Positions 11,082 to 20,514 of a stretch of DNA of 36,654 bases are shown in pieces; positions within the stretch are counted from its first letter, which is position 1; each line of letters begins with the position of its first letter. Made by a program: the position numbers and the translations under genes. The notes beneath the pieces are model-generated. The model did no database searches. It worked only from the letters and a program-made list of their open reading frames with translations, and was not told the DNA's origin. This stretch comes from a virus (taxonomy: Duplodnaviria > Heunggongvirae > Uroviricota > Caudoviricetes), in the IMG/VR virus record IMGVR_UViG_2778261064_000029; one strand, 5' to 3'.

Positions 11082-11516
11082 TCATTCCGGCACCGCAGCC
11101 ACTCGCCCCCGTTCTTGTGTCAGCGATGCCGCCACAGCCATGTCGTGCATCTCTGTAGCCAGCGACAGACGCTGGAAGTCATCAACAGACAGCTTGCGCA
11201 TCAGCGCCAGCGATAACGGGCCTTTGATGCAACCCACGCTGGCAATCTGTCGGCGCAGCATTTCCAGTCCCATCCGGGACGGGGAACTGACCAGCACCGG
11301 GCCTTCCTTGCTCATTACCAGCTTTTCAGCAGCCGCCTGGGCATCAATCAGATCGCCTGCGGTCAGTTCACGCAGTGTGACGTCATACTGCATTTCAGTC
11401 TCGTCACCGGTGCCGAACGGCAGGCCGTCTTTCAGTTTCAGACCACCGGACTGAAGCTCAGCCACAATGCTGCCACGCAGTTCCTGTGCTTCAGGACTTA
11501 AATTCATTTCGTCCAT
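11082..11516 (-). CDS. Tail assembly protein (Mu gp41-like), possible tape-measure chaperone
   Basis: 144 aa between tube gene and tape measure gene. Confidence 0.65.
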   Translation of the reverse strand: MDEMNLSPEAQELRGSIVAELQSGGLKLKDGLPFGTGDETEMQYDVTLRELTAGDLIDAQAAAEKLVMSKEGPVLVSSPSRMGLEMLRRQIASVGCIKGPLSLALMRKLSVDDFQRLSLATEMHDMAVAASLTQERGRVAAVPE

Positions 11517-11525
11517 TGTTTCCCC

Positions 11526-11882
11526 TTATGCAATGCGTTTGCTTTGTTTTGCCATCAGTACCAGCGAAATTTCGCCGCCGTCGTTTTTCGGTTCATCTGC
11601 CTGCCAGGCATTCGCCATCATCCAGGTTTCACCGGTGTCTGCCTGAAACTCTGCCGTGATGTTTTCCCAGCCGATGATTTCATCAAGACCGATATCACCA
11701 CCGCCCGGAATTTTGCATTCCAGCTTTGCGGCACGTGGTTTACCTTTCCAGCCATAAACCCGCGAGCCGGTCACTTCTTCACGGGTGATACCGGAAGGCG
11801 TGAAGGAGGAACCTTCCATCGTTTCAAGCTCCATGCCATTGACACGGATGAACGCCACCCCCTGACGCTGATTTCCAGCCAT
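11526..11882 (-). CDS. M: Tail tube protein (Mu M-like)
   Basis: 118 aa directly downstream of sheath gene; GGAG RBS. Confidence 0.8.
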   Translation of the reverse strand: MAGNQRQGVAFIRVNGMELETMEGSSFTPSGITREEVTGSRVYGWKGKPRAAKLECKIPGGGDIGLDEIIGWENITAEFQADTGETWMMANAWQADEPKNDGGEISLVLMAKQSKRIA

Positions 11883-11891
11883 AAATGCTCC

Positions 11892-13379
11892 TTACAGAAT
11901 GAACTGAACTTGTGCCGCGAAAATGCGGAACTGGTTAATCAGATTCGGGCCGCACAGCACATCAAGACGGTCTTTGTCGTCCTTGTTACGTGCCACATAC
12001 AGCTCCTCTTTGAACGTGTCGAAATCCTCGACCAGTCCGGCGTTTTCCCATTCTTCAAACAGTGCCAGCAGCTCCGTTTTGATCACGGATGGCGTCACCA
12101 CGGCCTGACCGGTGGCAAAGCGGGTGCCATCACTTGCCAGCTTGTAGTTCGGGAATTTCTGCGTGATGCGGGTTCGCAGCGAATAACGCAGATAACTCAG
12201 CGTGGCGATGGTATTCACGTTCAGATAAGACGGATCGCTGTCACCGTACTTGTTTGTGCGGTACATCGTGATCATGCGTTCAATCTGCATTTCACCACCA
12301 TCATTCACGTTAAACGTGGAGATGCCGTCAAACAGCAGCGCATTACGTTCTGACCAGGTGAAACGATCCCCCACCGCAGGCGGCATTCTTCCGGGCAACG
12401 TCAGCGTCTGGAGTGGACGCGCCGGGTCGATGGAAAGCGCCTGGCTGGCAACGGCACACAGTGTGGCGGCGTACAGATATGACGGTTCCGGTGCACCGGC
12501 AATCCCCATACAGGAAATCAGATGGTCATTACGGCTGACACCAAACGTGGAAATGTCCCCATACGTGCCGGACAGCACTGTCACGGCAAAGCCATCAGCC
12601 TGATTGACCGGTCCCCAGCGTTCCTGCAATTCAGTGCGTAACAGATTCAGGTTCGGTTCATCGGTATAGGGCATCACAATATATTTGTATTGCAGATCGC
12701 CCATTCCCGCGATACTTGCGCTGATATCCGGGTTGCCATTTTTCCCGGAGGCGGCTTTGAATGCTGTGATAATCCCGTAAGGGGTGGTTTCACCCGCATA
12801 ATAGTTCCAGCGCACGTCCACGGCAGATAATGCACCCGTAAATTTTGCACTCAGAACCACATCTGCATGGGTGTCATCATCCCCGCTGTCTGCGCGAACT
12901 TCTGCCGTCACCGGTAAATCCGGCTGGCCTTTGATTCGGGCAACCAGCAGGTCAGCCAGCGCCGCTCCCGTTGCACCTGCTGCGACAGATACCGCCAGTC
13001 GCTGACCGGCAATGTAAGTCACAAGCGAGCCGTTTTCGCCTGCCGTTCCTGACAGTGAAATTTCACCGACAGCAGCATTACCGGTGCCGTTCCCCTGCGG
13101 AATACACCACAGCTCCGCCACGCGGTTAGCGTTCAGGAATGCATCTGCCATCAGTGCCAGCATGGAACCCTGACCAAACGCCGCACTGGCCTGTGAGCCG
13201 GAACGGATACGGACAGGCACGTCTGGTGCCGCACTGGCTTGACTTCCGCTTTGCCCGAACATCAGCACACGCTGACGGGGTGCCGGTGTTCCACTGACGG
13301 CATTACTGTTATCAAATTCGATATACGTCAGAGGAACGCGAACATCTGACGGGATCGCGTTAAATGAAATATCGCTCAT
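11892..13379 (-). CDS. L: Contractile tail sheath protein (Mu L-like)
   Basis: 495 aa; size and position typical of myovirus sheath. Confidence 0.9.
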   Translation of the reverse strand: MSDISFNAIPSDVRVPLTYIEFDNSNAVSGTPAPRQRVLMFGQSGSQASAAPDVPVRIRSGSQASAAFGQGSMLALMADAFLNANRVAELWCIPQGNGTGNAAVGEISLSGTAGENGSLVTYIAGQRLAVSVAAGATGAALADLLVARIKGQPDLPVTAEVRADSGDDDTHADVVLSAKFTGALSAVDVRWNYYAGETTPYGIITAFKAASGKNGNPDISASIAGMGDLQYKYIVMPYTDEPNLNLLRTELQERWGPVNQADGFAVTVLSGTYGDISTFGVSRNDHLISCMGIAGAPEPSYLYAATLCAVASQALSIDPARPLQTLTLPGRMPPAVGDRFTWSERNALLFDGISTFNVNDGGEMQIERMITMYRTNKYGDSDPSYLNVNTIATLSYLRYSLRTRITQKFPNYKLASDGTRFATGQAVVTPSVIKTELLALFEEWENAGLVEDFDTFKEELYVARNKDDKDRLDVLCGPNLINQFRIFAAQVQFIL

Positions 13380-13582
13380 TTCGATTTACTCCGTTTTTTC
13401 GGCGCAGCGTCGGTATCATCCGCCGTGTTTTCGGTGCTCCCGACTTCAACCACATCACCGGCTGCAAGGCGACGTATCCAGAAACTGTTACGGGGCTTTT
13501 CTTCTCCCTCCGGAGCCAGTAATTTCATCGTGAGCGGGTCACGGATGGCTTTTCCCGCTGCGGGTTTAATTTTCAGCATCAT
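13376..13582 (-). CDS. Small neck/tail-completion region protein (Mu gp38-like)
   Basis: 68 aa; ATGA overlap with sheath gene. Confidence 0.55.
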   Translation of the reverse strand: MMLKIKPAAGKAIRDPLTMKLLAPEGEEKPRNSFWIRRLAAGDVVEVGSTENTADDTDAAPKKRSKSK

Positions 13583-14114
13583 GATCCTTTTCCTGATTCA
13601 CATTGATATGTGCGGCAAATTCCGGGGTTTCATCCGGGAATTTCCAGGTCTGCCAGTGACGCTCGTAATCATCCAGCGAATCCATGTCCACCACGGATGG
13701 CAGCGGGGTAGTGCCACTGAACAGAACGCCGTAAAGCACCACACCGGCATTGATACGGTTGTCGTCACAAAGATTTCTGACCTGCGTCAGTCTCATCCCG
13801 GTGGTCGGGCCAAACGTCTGACCGTTAACACCGGCAATCAGTCGCTCCACAATCTGATAAATACCGGGCCGGTTTACCGGTTCCCCGTTCAGCAACTCCG
13901 CCACGACAAAAAATGCCCAGCGACTTTCAACTTCCCGACGCGTACGCCCCTCACCACAGCCCATCCATGCCAGAAATACCGATGGCGGGGCCAGAAAGAG
14001 ACGGTGCACATCCTCGTTAGTCCATGTGCCGGTAAGGGGTTCCACCTGCCGCAGGGTTGCCCCAAACAACTCACGAACGCGCGCCAGCAGTGCGGCTTCG
14101 GTTTCTTCCAGCAT
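13566..14114 (-). CDS. Neck/head-tail joining protein (Mu gp37-like)
   Basis: 182 aa; synteny. Confidence 0.65.
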   Translation of the reverse strand: MLEETEAALLARVRELFGATLRQVEPLTGTWTNEDVHRLFLAPPSVFLAWMGCGEGRTRREVESRWAFFVVAELLNGEPVNRPGIYQIVERLIAGVNGQTFGPTTGMRLTQVRNLCDDNRINAGVVLYGVLFSGTTPLPSVVDMDSLDDYERHWQTWKFPDETPEFAAHINVNQEKDHDAEN

Positions 14115-14539
14115 CAGATAAACCCCTTCTGTTTTCGTGAGAAGACCGGCGCGTCAGACTGCACCTGCACAAGGTTTTCACCATCCGGCGAGGCTGCCGT
14201 CCTGCTTTCCACGCCGGGATCTGTTTTGCCATCGCGCACCTGTTCCAGCCAGCGCACTGTGTCCCTGTAGGCAGCGGTGATCTGCTCGGTGGGTTGTGAT
14301 TCATTCAGATAAAACCAGGCCACTACGCAACACTGCCGTTTCAGCAGTGAGGGGACGACGGTAAGCGGCAGAACAAAACGCGCGGCGAGATAGCCATCAA
14401 TAAAGGCCGAAGCATCTGCCAGTGCCTGTTCTGCCACGGCATCATCCGGCTGCCCGTCCGCTGTTTTAGGGCGGGTGAGAATATCCAGCCGCGTACGCGT
14501 ATAGCGGGCGCACAGGTCATTTACCGTCGCGTAATTCAT
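14114..14539 (-). CDS. Head-tail connector region protein (Mu gp36-like)
   Basis: 141 aa; synteny, 1-nt overlap with flanking genes. Confidence 0.65.
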   Translation of the reverse strand: MNYATVNDLCARYTRTRLDILTRPKTADGQPDDAVAEQALADASAFIDGYLAARFVLPLTVVPSLLKRQCCVVAWFYLNESQPTEQITAAYRDTVRWLEQVRDGKTDPGVESRTAASPDGENLVQVQSDAPVFSRKQKGFI

Positions 14540-14946
14540 GCATCTGCCTCAGCCAGCGCCGCTTTGATTTGCGCACTGCTCACCGATTCCCCCAGCGCCG
14601 CACTGACGGCTTTCACTTTGGGTTCTCCCCCTGCGGTAAAGTGCTCCGGGTTTGCCTTATCCAGACCGGCAATGGTCGCACGGATACGGGCGTTCAGATC
14701 GCCCACACCCAGAACGTCCAGCCCCCCAGCCTCAGCGAGCGTTTCTGCTGACGATGCAGATACCACAGACAGCACGCTGTCGGCACGAATGATCGCCAGT
14801 TGTTCTTCGGTGACTTCCACGGTGTTTTCGCCACGAATAAAGGCGATTCCGGCGCGGCGGTAGACCGGACGAAGGCATTTAATAATCGCCGTGCAAATGA
14901 TGCGAGAAGTGTCCAGCCGTTGTGAATTAAACGAAGTGCCTGACAT
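14536..14946 (-). CDS. Head completion/decoration region protein (Mu gp35-like)
   Basis: 136 aa; AGGAGG upstream of ATG. Confidence 0.6.
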   Translation of the reverse strand: MSGTSFNSQRLDTSRIICTAIIKCLRPVYRRAGIAFIRGENTVEVTEEQLAIIRADSVLSVVSASSAETLAEAGGLDVLGVGDLNARIRATIAGLDKANPEHFTAGGEPKVKAVSAALGESVSSAQIKAALAEADA

Positions 14947-14980
14947 AACACATGCTCCTCCTTTTCCTTTAAATCAGGTT

Positions 14981-15004
14981 AAAAGGCGGTCTGAACCGCC
15001 TTTT
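14981..15004 (-). terminator. Hairpin followed by U-tract directly after the major capsid gene (attenuator/terminator candidate)
   Basis: aaaaggcgg-tctgaa-ccgcctttt; minus-strand RNA gives stem then UUUUAACCUGAUUU. Confidence 0.4.
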
Positions 15005-15012
15005 AATGACGG

Positions 15013-15930
15013 TTACAGGTAGTCAGCGACAACCAGTTGCAGCTTGCCCTTCATCTCGTTGGAGACGGTGGTATTGCCATCCGCGAACAGCTCACGGTTA
15101 AGCAGTTGCTCTGCGGCTTTTTCCAGCCCGACCGGTACAACGATATGCGTCGGCTTCAGGCCCAGCTTCTTACCGCCATCACCTTCAAAAGATCGCATCA
15201 GTTGCCAGCCCTTCCAGAGGTTATCCAGCGTCAGATCGCCTTTTACCGCGACAGCCATCTGCCAGAAGCCGTAACCGGCAGCACGGCGGGCGCTGGCACC
15301 AAACAGGAACTCGTTATCCATAAAAACGTGGTCGTCATCGATACGGGTACGTGCGACCAGTTCCGGTTTGCGGCGCTCCTGGAAAATCAGCGGTTTGACT
15401 GCGCGGGAGCAGTCCAGCAGATAGAATGGCAGACCGCTGAAGCTGTCCTGTTCAACGATGTTGGAGGTATTCGTTGCGTCGCCCGTGCCGTCCACATTCG
15501 GATATACCGGATGCTCCTTGTCGAAGAAGTTCTGACCGTCATAGCAGGGCTGGGTAAAGCCATCTTTCAGAAGTTTAAAAATCAGCTCATCCGGCTGAAC
15601 TGCCGCAGAACGCCCCATCTCCTGAAAAATCGGCGCATAAATACCCAGATTGTCATCCTCGAAGTCATCACGGGAAATACCCACGGTGCCTTCAAACGTT
15701 TTATTGGCGATGGAGTAGCCATGCGCTTCCATTTGCTGAATGGTTCGCTTACCCACCCATTCTTTCATGGCAGGGAATTTACCCAGCCAGCCATAGGTAT
15801 TACTGCGGGTGGAAGAGTTCACCACCATTGCAATTTTGCTGTACTGCGACGGGGCGTCTTCAAGACCGCCCTGAAAATCCTTACGCCAGGAGGTCATCAG
15901 GGCTTTAATGGATGCCGGGGTGACAATCAT
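15013..15930 (-). CDS. T: Major capsid protein (Mu T-like)
   Basis: 305 aa; ATGA overlap with protease/scaffold gene; followed by hairpin. Confidence 0.9.
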   Translation of the reverse strand: MIVTPASIKALMTSWRKDFQGGLEDAPSQYSKIAMVVNSSTRSNTYGWLGKFPAMKEWVGKRTIQQMEAHGYSIANKTFEGTVGISRDDFEDDNLGIYAPIFQEMGRSAAVQPDELIFKLLKDGFTQPCYDGQNFFDKEHPVYPNVDGTGDATNTSNIVEQDSFSGLPFYLLDCSRAVKPLIFQERRKPELVARTRIDDDHVFMDNEFLFGASARRAAGYGFWQMAVAVKGDLTLDNLWKGWQLMRSFEGDGGKKLGLKPTHIVVPVGLEKAAEQLLNRELFADGNTTVSNEMKGKLQLVVADYL

Positions 15931-17012
15931 TTTTCTTGTTCCTGTTTCATTTTCAGATACTCAGCCTCTGTAATGCCGAGCGCCTTCACTGCTGCCTGTT
16001 CATCAGCAGACAGCACCGCCACAGCCGTTTTTTCCTGCGACGGGATTTTCGCTGTGGTGGTCTGCATGGCAGATAACGCAGCGATGGGCTGTTTTTTCTC
16101 AAGCTGTGCCGACAGTGCCGCCACGCCAATCTGACCGCCAAGCTGTTCCAGATAGGCACGTTCGCTTTTGAAAATGCGGCCTTCCTGTTCCGCCTTGTCC
16201 AGAACGGCGCTCAGGCTGGCTGTGGCGCTTAGTGCAGTCGCCTGTGCCAGTTCATCACGCAGGGCGTTGTAGCTTTCCACCGGGACGTATTTCGTCAGGT
16301 CAACGGCGGCTTTCTGTGCCTTTTCCAGTTCGGCGGATAACGACGCCACTTTTCCGGCATCTGTTTCGAGCGCATCAAGCGCACTCAGGGCCGCGCTGGC
16401 CTGTTCATCGGTGATGTCTGCATTTTCGGGGACAGTCACCCCAAGACGCGCAAGCAGCTTGCGCAGCGTTTCATTCATGGGTTTGTTCTCCTGTTGAAGG
16501 ATGTCGGGAAGGTCTGCCGCCAGTGCGGTCAGCTTTTTCATGCCGGTGGCACCGGGGTCATTGGTCAGCGCAGCAAGGCGGATTTGCAGCACCGCACCGG
16601 TGGCGGTGTCATACGGAAAAACCGCAGAGAGATAACCAAATTCGCCGTCATCGATGCGCTGCTGGGCCGCCGCCGTCCAGCGTGGGTGGATAAATAACCC
16701 TTCACCTTCACGCCACTGCATTTCATCGGCGTTAAACCAGCCAGCCGCGACGAGTTGTTCCGGGGGTAATCCTTTGTCCTTACGTAGCTGGTTATGCTCG
16801 TAATCAATCAGCACGTCCTGGTTGAGCGCGCGAACGCCTTCAACCAGACGCCCGGCAATCTCACCGTCGATGAACCACCCCTGACCACCTGTCACATCAA
16901 ACGGGCGACCATCACGGGCACTGAAATGACCGGCAGGCAATAGCTGGCACCAGCCGTTATCGTCAATGGACAGCGCATTCAGTGCGGCAATGCCAATCGC
17001 GTGTTTTTTCAT
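15927..17012 (-). CDS. I: Prohead protease fused to scaffold (Mu I-like); C-terminal Ala/Glu/Leu/Lys-rich coiled-coil region
   Basis: 361 aa; N-terminal globular domain plus C-terminal low-complexity helical region (…EKAQKAAVDL…SAQLEKKQ…). Confidence 0.85.
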   Translation of the reverse strand: MKKHAIGIAALNALSIDDNGWCQLLPAGHFSARDGRPFDVTGGQGWFIDGEIAGRLVEGVRALNQDVLIDYEHNQLRKDKGLPPEQLVAAGWFNADEMQWREGEGLFIHPRWTAAAQQRIDDGEFGYLSAVFPYDTATGAVLQIRLAALTNDPGATGMKKLTALAADLPDILQQENKPMNETLRKLLARLGVTVPENADITDEQASAALSALDALETDAGKVASLSAELEKAQKAAVDLTKYVPVESYNALRDELAQATALSATASLSAVLDKAEQEGRIFKSERAYLEQLGGQIGVAALSAQLEKKQPIAALSAMQTTTAKIPSQEKTAVAVLSADEQAAVKALGITEAEYLKMKQEQEK

Positions 17013-17208
17013 GTCCTGCTGCTCATCATGGTTTGTGAGCAGTCAGTTTGCGGGAGGTGCGGGAAAATCTGGGGTTATGCTATTTGAGTAATGGAGAAAG
17101 AAAGTGAAAGGAAGATAAAACGGGATTCATACACCGTTAAATACCGGTTTAAAAATCCCGTGGCGCGTTTTAAAAAATCTGTGCGGCTGATTTCATGTCT
17201 GATTCCGT
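17013..17208 (-). promoter_or_regulatory. G-I intergenic region: expected late promoter (P_I, C-dependent) and candidate central strong gyrase site
   Basis: 196-bp non-coding gap in an otherwise overlapping operon, about 18.3-18.5 kb from the left terminus (prophage centre). Confidence 0.4.
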
Positions 17209-17679
17209 TTATTGCCTCAGAGCGGCGCTGACGCGTTTTCTGATGGCATCAAAAATTTCCTGTTCCCCGGTCTTATCCAGCCCCATATAAGGACGCGCAG
17301 GAACGCCTGCCGGGCGGGGTGCCATATCGGGTGTACCGCCCCACTGATGAATGGCAGCATAAATTTTTGGCGAACCAATCAGGGCATAATCCTGTCCATA
17401 ATCGGTGGTAATGCTGCGTGCCAGATCGCCATGCAGGGTAAGAATACTGCCCGGAACAAAACCATGATCCTGACGCCATGCCTGCCACGAATCGCTCCAC
17501 GCTTCCCAGCCTTTCCCTGTATCCGGGTCTGCCTGCCGTTCAAATGCCTGTTCCGTGGATGACAGCAGCGCCGCAGCCATCACACGGGGAATGGCGCGGT
17601 CACGTGTAACGGTTCCCAGTTCATCCAGTGCAAGCTGAATACGTCGCACATCCACGGCAACGTTCATATCAAGACTCAC
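17209..17679 (-). CDS. Virion morphogenesis protein (Mu G-like)
   Basis: 156 aa; GTG start at 17679 preceded by GGAGGTG; overlaps stop of upstream gene. Confidence 0.75.
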   Translation of the reverse strand: MSLDMNVAVDVRRIQLALDELGTVTRDRAIPRVMAAALLSSTEQAFERQADPDTGKGWEAWSDSWQAWRQDHGFVPGSILTLHGDLARSITTDYGQDYALIGSPKIYAAIHQWGGTPDMAPRPAGVPARPYMGLDKTGEQEIFDAIRKRVSAALRQ

Positions 17680-18995
17680 TTATTCACCTCCACATGCCCC
17701 TCCAGTACGTCAATTATCCCGTCAGCAATCGCGGCTTCAAGCGACTGTGCAGATACGCGGCTGATACTGACCAGCACATCCGCACGGTCATTCTGTCTGC
17801 CGACTGTCTGTGATGTTCTGACCACAATCCGGGCCATGCCGTCACGGGTTGCCACAACATACAGCAACTGGTGGTTCTCCCTGTCCCACAATACCGCCTG
17901 TGGTTTTGCCATCAGCGACGGCAGACGCTGTAAATCCTCCGGTTTCAGGGCGGCATCAGAAGTGGTCGCCAGACTTTTCCCGTTCATCACAAGCAGACGG
18001 GCTGGCATATTCCCGGTGCGCTGATATACGGCCTCCGCCACGGATCCCGTCATAAAACCCAGCGCACGGACCTCATGTCCTGCCCGGCGTGATTTCGCCA
18101 GACGTTTAAGCCAGAGGGAAAAAGCAAGCTGACGCTCCCGGCTGTTATTCAGCGTCTGAACAACCTGCTCACGCAGCTGCGCGTCACGAACTTCCACCAG
18201 TTTTCGAATCAGTGCCTGATCCGTACCAAATGCCGCCGAACCGGGGTTATATGACCAGCCCACATCTGGCGTCATTTTTACCCGACCGTTGTCAAACGTG
18301 GTTGACGATGTGCGGAAAATCTCTCCGGTGCTTTCATCCGTACCGGCATCCACTTCGCGGGTATTCATGAATGACGCACCATAACTGACCTGTAGCCCCA
18401 GTTCTTTCATGCGGGCCGCAGACAGCGCCCGGACGCGACAGCGGCAGTTCCAGCCATTGGGCGGGTAATGCGTCTGCCAGAAAATGTCGTCATACCGGAA
18501 AACCATATTGTGCAGCCGCGCATGTTCCGGGCGTGTTCTGCCATCCATAACGGCAACGTACTGCCAGTACGGGTACAAATCGGCGGTATTCATCATCTGC
18601 GCATAACGTCCTGCCCCATACGCCGTACGGGTATTGACGTTATAAATGGTTGCCAGACGACGCGGACTGCCCAGTTCGATTTCCTTCGCGTTTCCCTCTG
18701 CATCCACGATGATTTGTTTTCCCCACCATCCGAGTTTTTGCAGCCGGGGGGCCAGTGTGCGGGTAAATTCCTCACGGGTGATGCCTTCACTGACAGCCCG
18801 CTCCACTTCCTCACGGATTGTGGTCAGGACATCCATCCGGGTGGCTTTGGCAACGGTAAAGGCGCGGGCGTGCGCGTCTGCCAGTTGTTCGTACCAGTTC
18901 CAGGTGATGTTGTAGCCTTTGGCGCGGAAATACGCGACAGCCTCCTTTGGCGGGAGGCGTGCGGCATACGCCAGATCAATGGTCTGCTGCGGCAT
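17676..18995 (-). CDS. Head morphogenesis protein (Mu F-like); ORF track extends to GTG 19031, ATG at 18995 preferred
   Basis: 439-451 aa immediately downstream of portal gene. Confidence 0.8.
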   Translation of the reverse strand: MPQQTIDLAYAARLPPKEAVAYFRAKGYNITWNWYEQLADAHARAFTVAKATRMDVLTTIREEVERAVSEGITREEFTRTLAPRLQKLGWWGKQIIVDAEGNAKEIELGSPRRLATIYNVNTRTAYGAGRYAQMMNTADLYPYWQYVAVMDGRTRPEHARLHNMVFRYDDIFWQTHYPPNGWNCRCRVRALSAARMKELGLQVSYGASFMNTREVDAGTDESTGEIFRTSSTTFDNGRVKMTPDVGWSYNPGSAAFGTDQALIRKLVEVRDAQLREQVVQTLNNSRERQLAFSLWLKRLAKSRRAGHEVRALGFMTGSVAEAVYQRTGNMPARLLVMNGKSLATTSDAALKPEDLQRLPSLMAKPQAVLWDRENHQLLYVVATRDGMARIVVRTSQTVGRQNDRADVLVSISRVSAQSLEAAIADGIIDVLEGHVEVNK

Positions 18996-20514
18996 CCAGA
19001 CGCCCCCATATATCGGCAACAAAAATGGCACGGGTCAGCATGTCGATAAGTTCTGCATCATCCATCTGCGGATATAATGAAGCGGCTTTGTTCATGGCGG
19101 CTTCCGGGCCATCTTTCAGCACAGAAAAAATGACGGGTTTCAGCAGGGGGTCAACCGAACGCTGCCAGTCTTCCGGTGAGACGCCCATCCGGTCGATATC
19201 ATCCTCCTGCGGGATATCTTCAGCGGATAATGCGGCCTCTTTCTGCGAACCGTTATCCGGGACAACCGGTTGTATAGTAAACACGGCTTCATCACCGACC
19301 GGCTGTGGAATATGAAGTTTTTCCTGTATCCAGGAGACCGGAATACGCATTCCCGCCGCCAGTTTCGGAATGGCGTCAGACAGTGCCGTAATATCACCCG
19401 CTTCACTGGTATCAAATACAATGCCCGGCAGGCGGTTAATATCAATGGTGCTGTCACTGTTCAGTGCCAGCAGGGGATAAATCAGGTCACGGTTAATACT
19501 GCGGGCAAGCTGGCCCACATCCGCATTACGGATTTCCCGGCGAACCTCATCATGCACTTCACCCAGCGACCGCGCACCTTTATCGCCAGCCTCTGTGGTC
19601 AGGGTGCCGCCCAGAATGGCTTTTGAAATCGCTTTTTCTGCCCAGCCAATCATCGCCATAAAAGGGTCTGACTGACCATCTGCGGCGCTCTGAAAATCCA
19701 GCGTCATCCCCATCGGAATAATGCCACCGGCACGTCGCCCGATATCCATCACGGCCTGCATCAGCGTGGCTTTCTCGCGGTTCGTTGAGCCGGTCGGATA
19801 TTTACCGACGCGCATGGGGAGTCCGTAAATTTCCAGAAACTCTGCAAAATCACGCACGGAATAGTTTTTAAAAATAAAAGGCCAGATAAGCGTGCGCACA
19901 AGGCCATTGGTGCCGACATACCCGGTGCGGGATTTGGCCCGGTGCATAAACCAGCCGAACGGTTGCAGCTCCAGCCCGTGATAAGACGCATCACGCAGGC
20001 GTAATTCGTTCAGATTGTCGGGGTTCGCGCAGAACAGCGCCGGATCGCGATGATGCAGCGCCACCGGCACGCGCATTTTCCCCAGCCAGCCCCATTCAAT
20101 CTCCTGCATGGAATAGCCCTTGAGAATGGCATCACCGGCATCAAACAGGGCATCTTCAAACCACGCCGCATCATGCAGATATTCATTCAGCATGTCAGCG
20201 TCTTTTTTCTCCTGTGCGCTGGCATCACGTGCCGGAGCGATGCGCCATTCCAGCGCCTGAATGGCAAGGCGGCGTTTGCTCAGTTCGGAAAAAAGGTGGG
20301 TGTCCTTTTCTTCCATATCAAAGGCCAGGTCAGCCTGTGCTGTCAGATCACCGCGTTCGGCATCACGCAGCATCTGCGCGGCCCGGTTCGGCGTCACACC
20401 ACTGGAAGGATGCTCCTGCGTACGCTTCATGACCATTGCCAGCTCATCGCTGCGGGTCTGCATTTCATCGTCAAAATCAAACGGCTGCCCGGAAATATCC
20501 AGAATACGGCCCAT
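18976..20514 (-). CDS. H: Portal protein (Mu H/gp29-like)
   Basis: 512 aa; follows large terminase with 1-nt stop/start overlap. Confidence 0.85.
   Translation of the reverse strand: MGRILDISGQPFDFDDEMQTRSDELAMVMKRTQEHPSSGVTPNRAAQMLRDAERGDLTAQADLAFDMEEKDTHLFSELSKRRLAIQALEWRIAPARDASAQEKKDADMLNEYLHDAAWFEDALFDAGDAILKGYSMQEIEWGWLGKMRVPVALHHRDPALFCANPDNLNELRLRDASYHGLELQPFGWFMHRAKSRTGYVGTNGLVRTLIWPFIFKNYSVRDFAEFLEIYGLPMRVGKYPTGSTNREKATLMQAVMDIGRRAGGIIPMGMTLDFQSAADGQSDPFMAMIGWAEKAISKAILGGTLTTEAGDKGARSLGEVHDEVRREIRNADVGQLARSINRDLIYPLLALNSDSTIDINRLPGIVFDTSEAGDITALSDAIPKLAAGMRIPVSWIQEKLHIPQPVGDEAVFTIQPVVPDNGSQKEAALSAEDIPQEDDIDRMGVSPEDWQRSVDPLLKPVIFSVLKDGPEAAMNKAASLYPQMDDAELIDMLTRAIFVADIWGRLDAAADH

Noticed and set aside
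11082-11140. Programmed -1 frameshift at the 3' end of the tail assembly gene
   Set aside because: The -1 frame is open, but I could not find a canonical X_XXY_YYZ heptamer; kept only as a low-interest finding rather than a feature.
10958-11158. 66-aa plus-strand ORF in the gap upstream of the tape measure gene
   Set aside because: No RBS, overlaps the 3' end of the minus-strand tail assembly gene, Arg/Pro-rich; more likely non-coding.
11544-12353. 269-aa plus-strand ORF
   Set aside because: Antisense to tail tube and sheath genes; shadow ORF.
13425-14270. 281-aa plus-strand ORF
   Set aside because: Antisense to neck and sheath region genes; no RBS; low-complexity translation; shadow ORF.
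15037-16134. 365-aa plus-strand ORF
   Set aside because: Lies entirely antisense to the major capsid and protease/scaffold genes, which have strong family-level features and coupled starts; typical shadow ORF with a Cys/His/Arg-rich unnatural translation.
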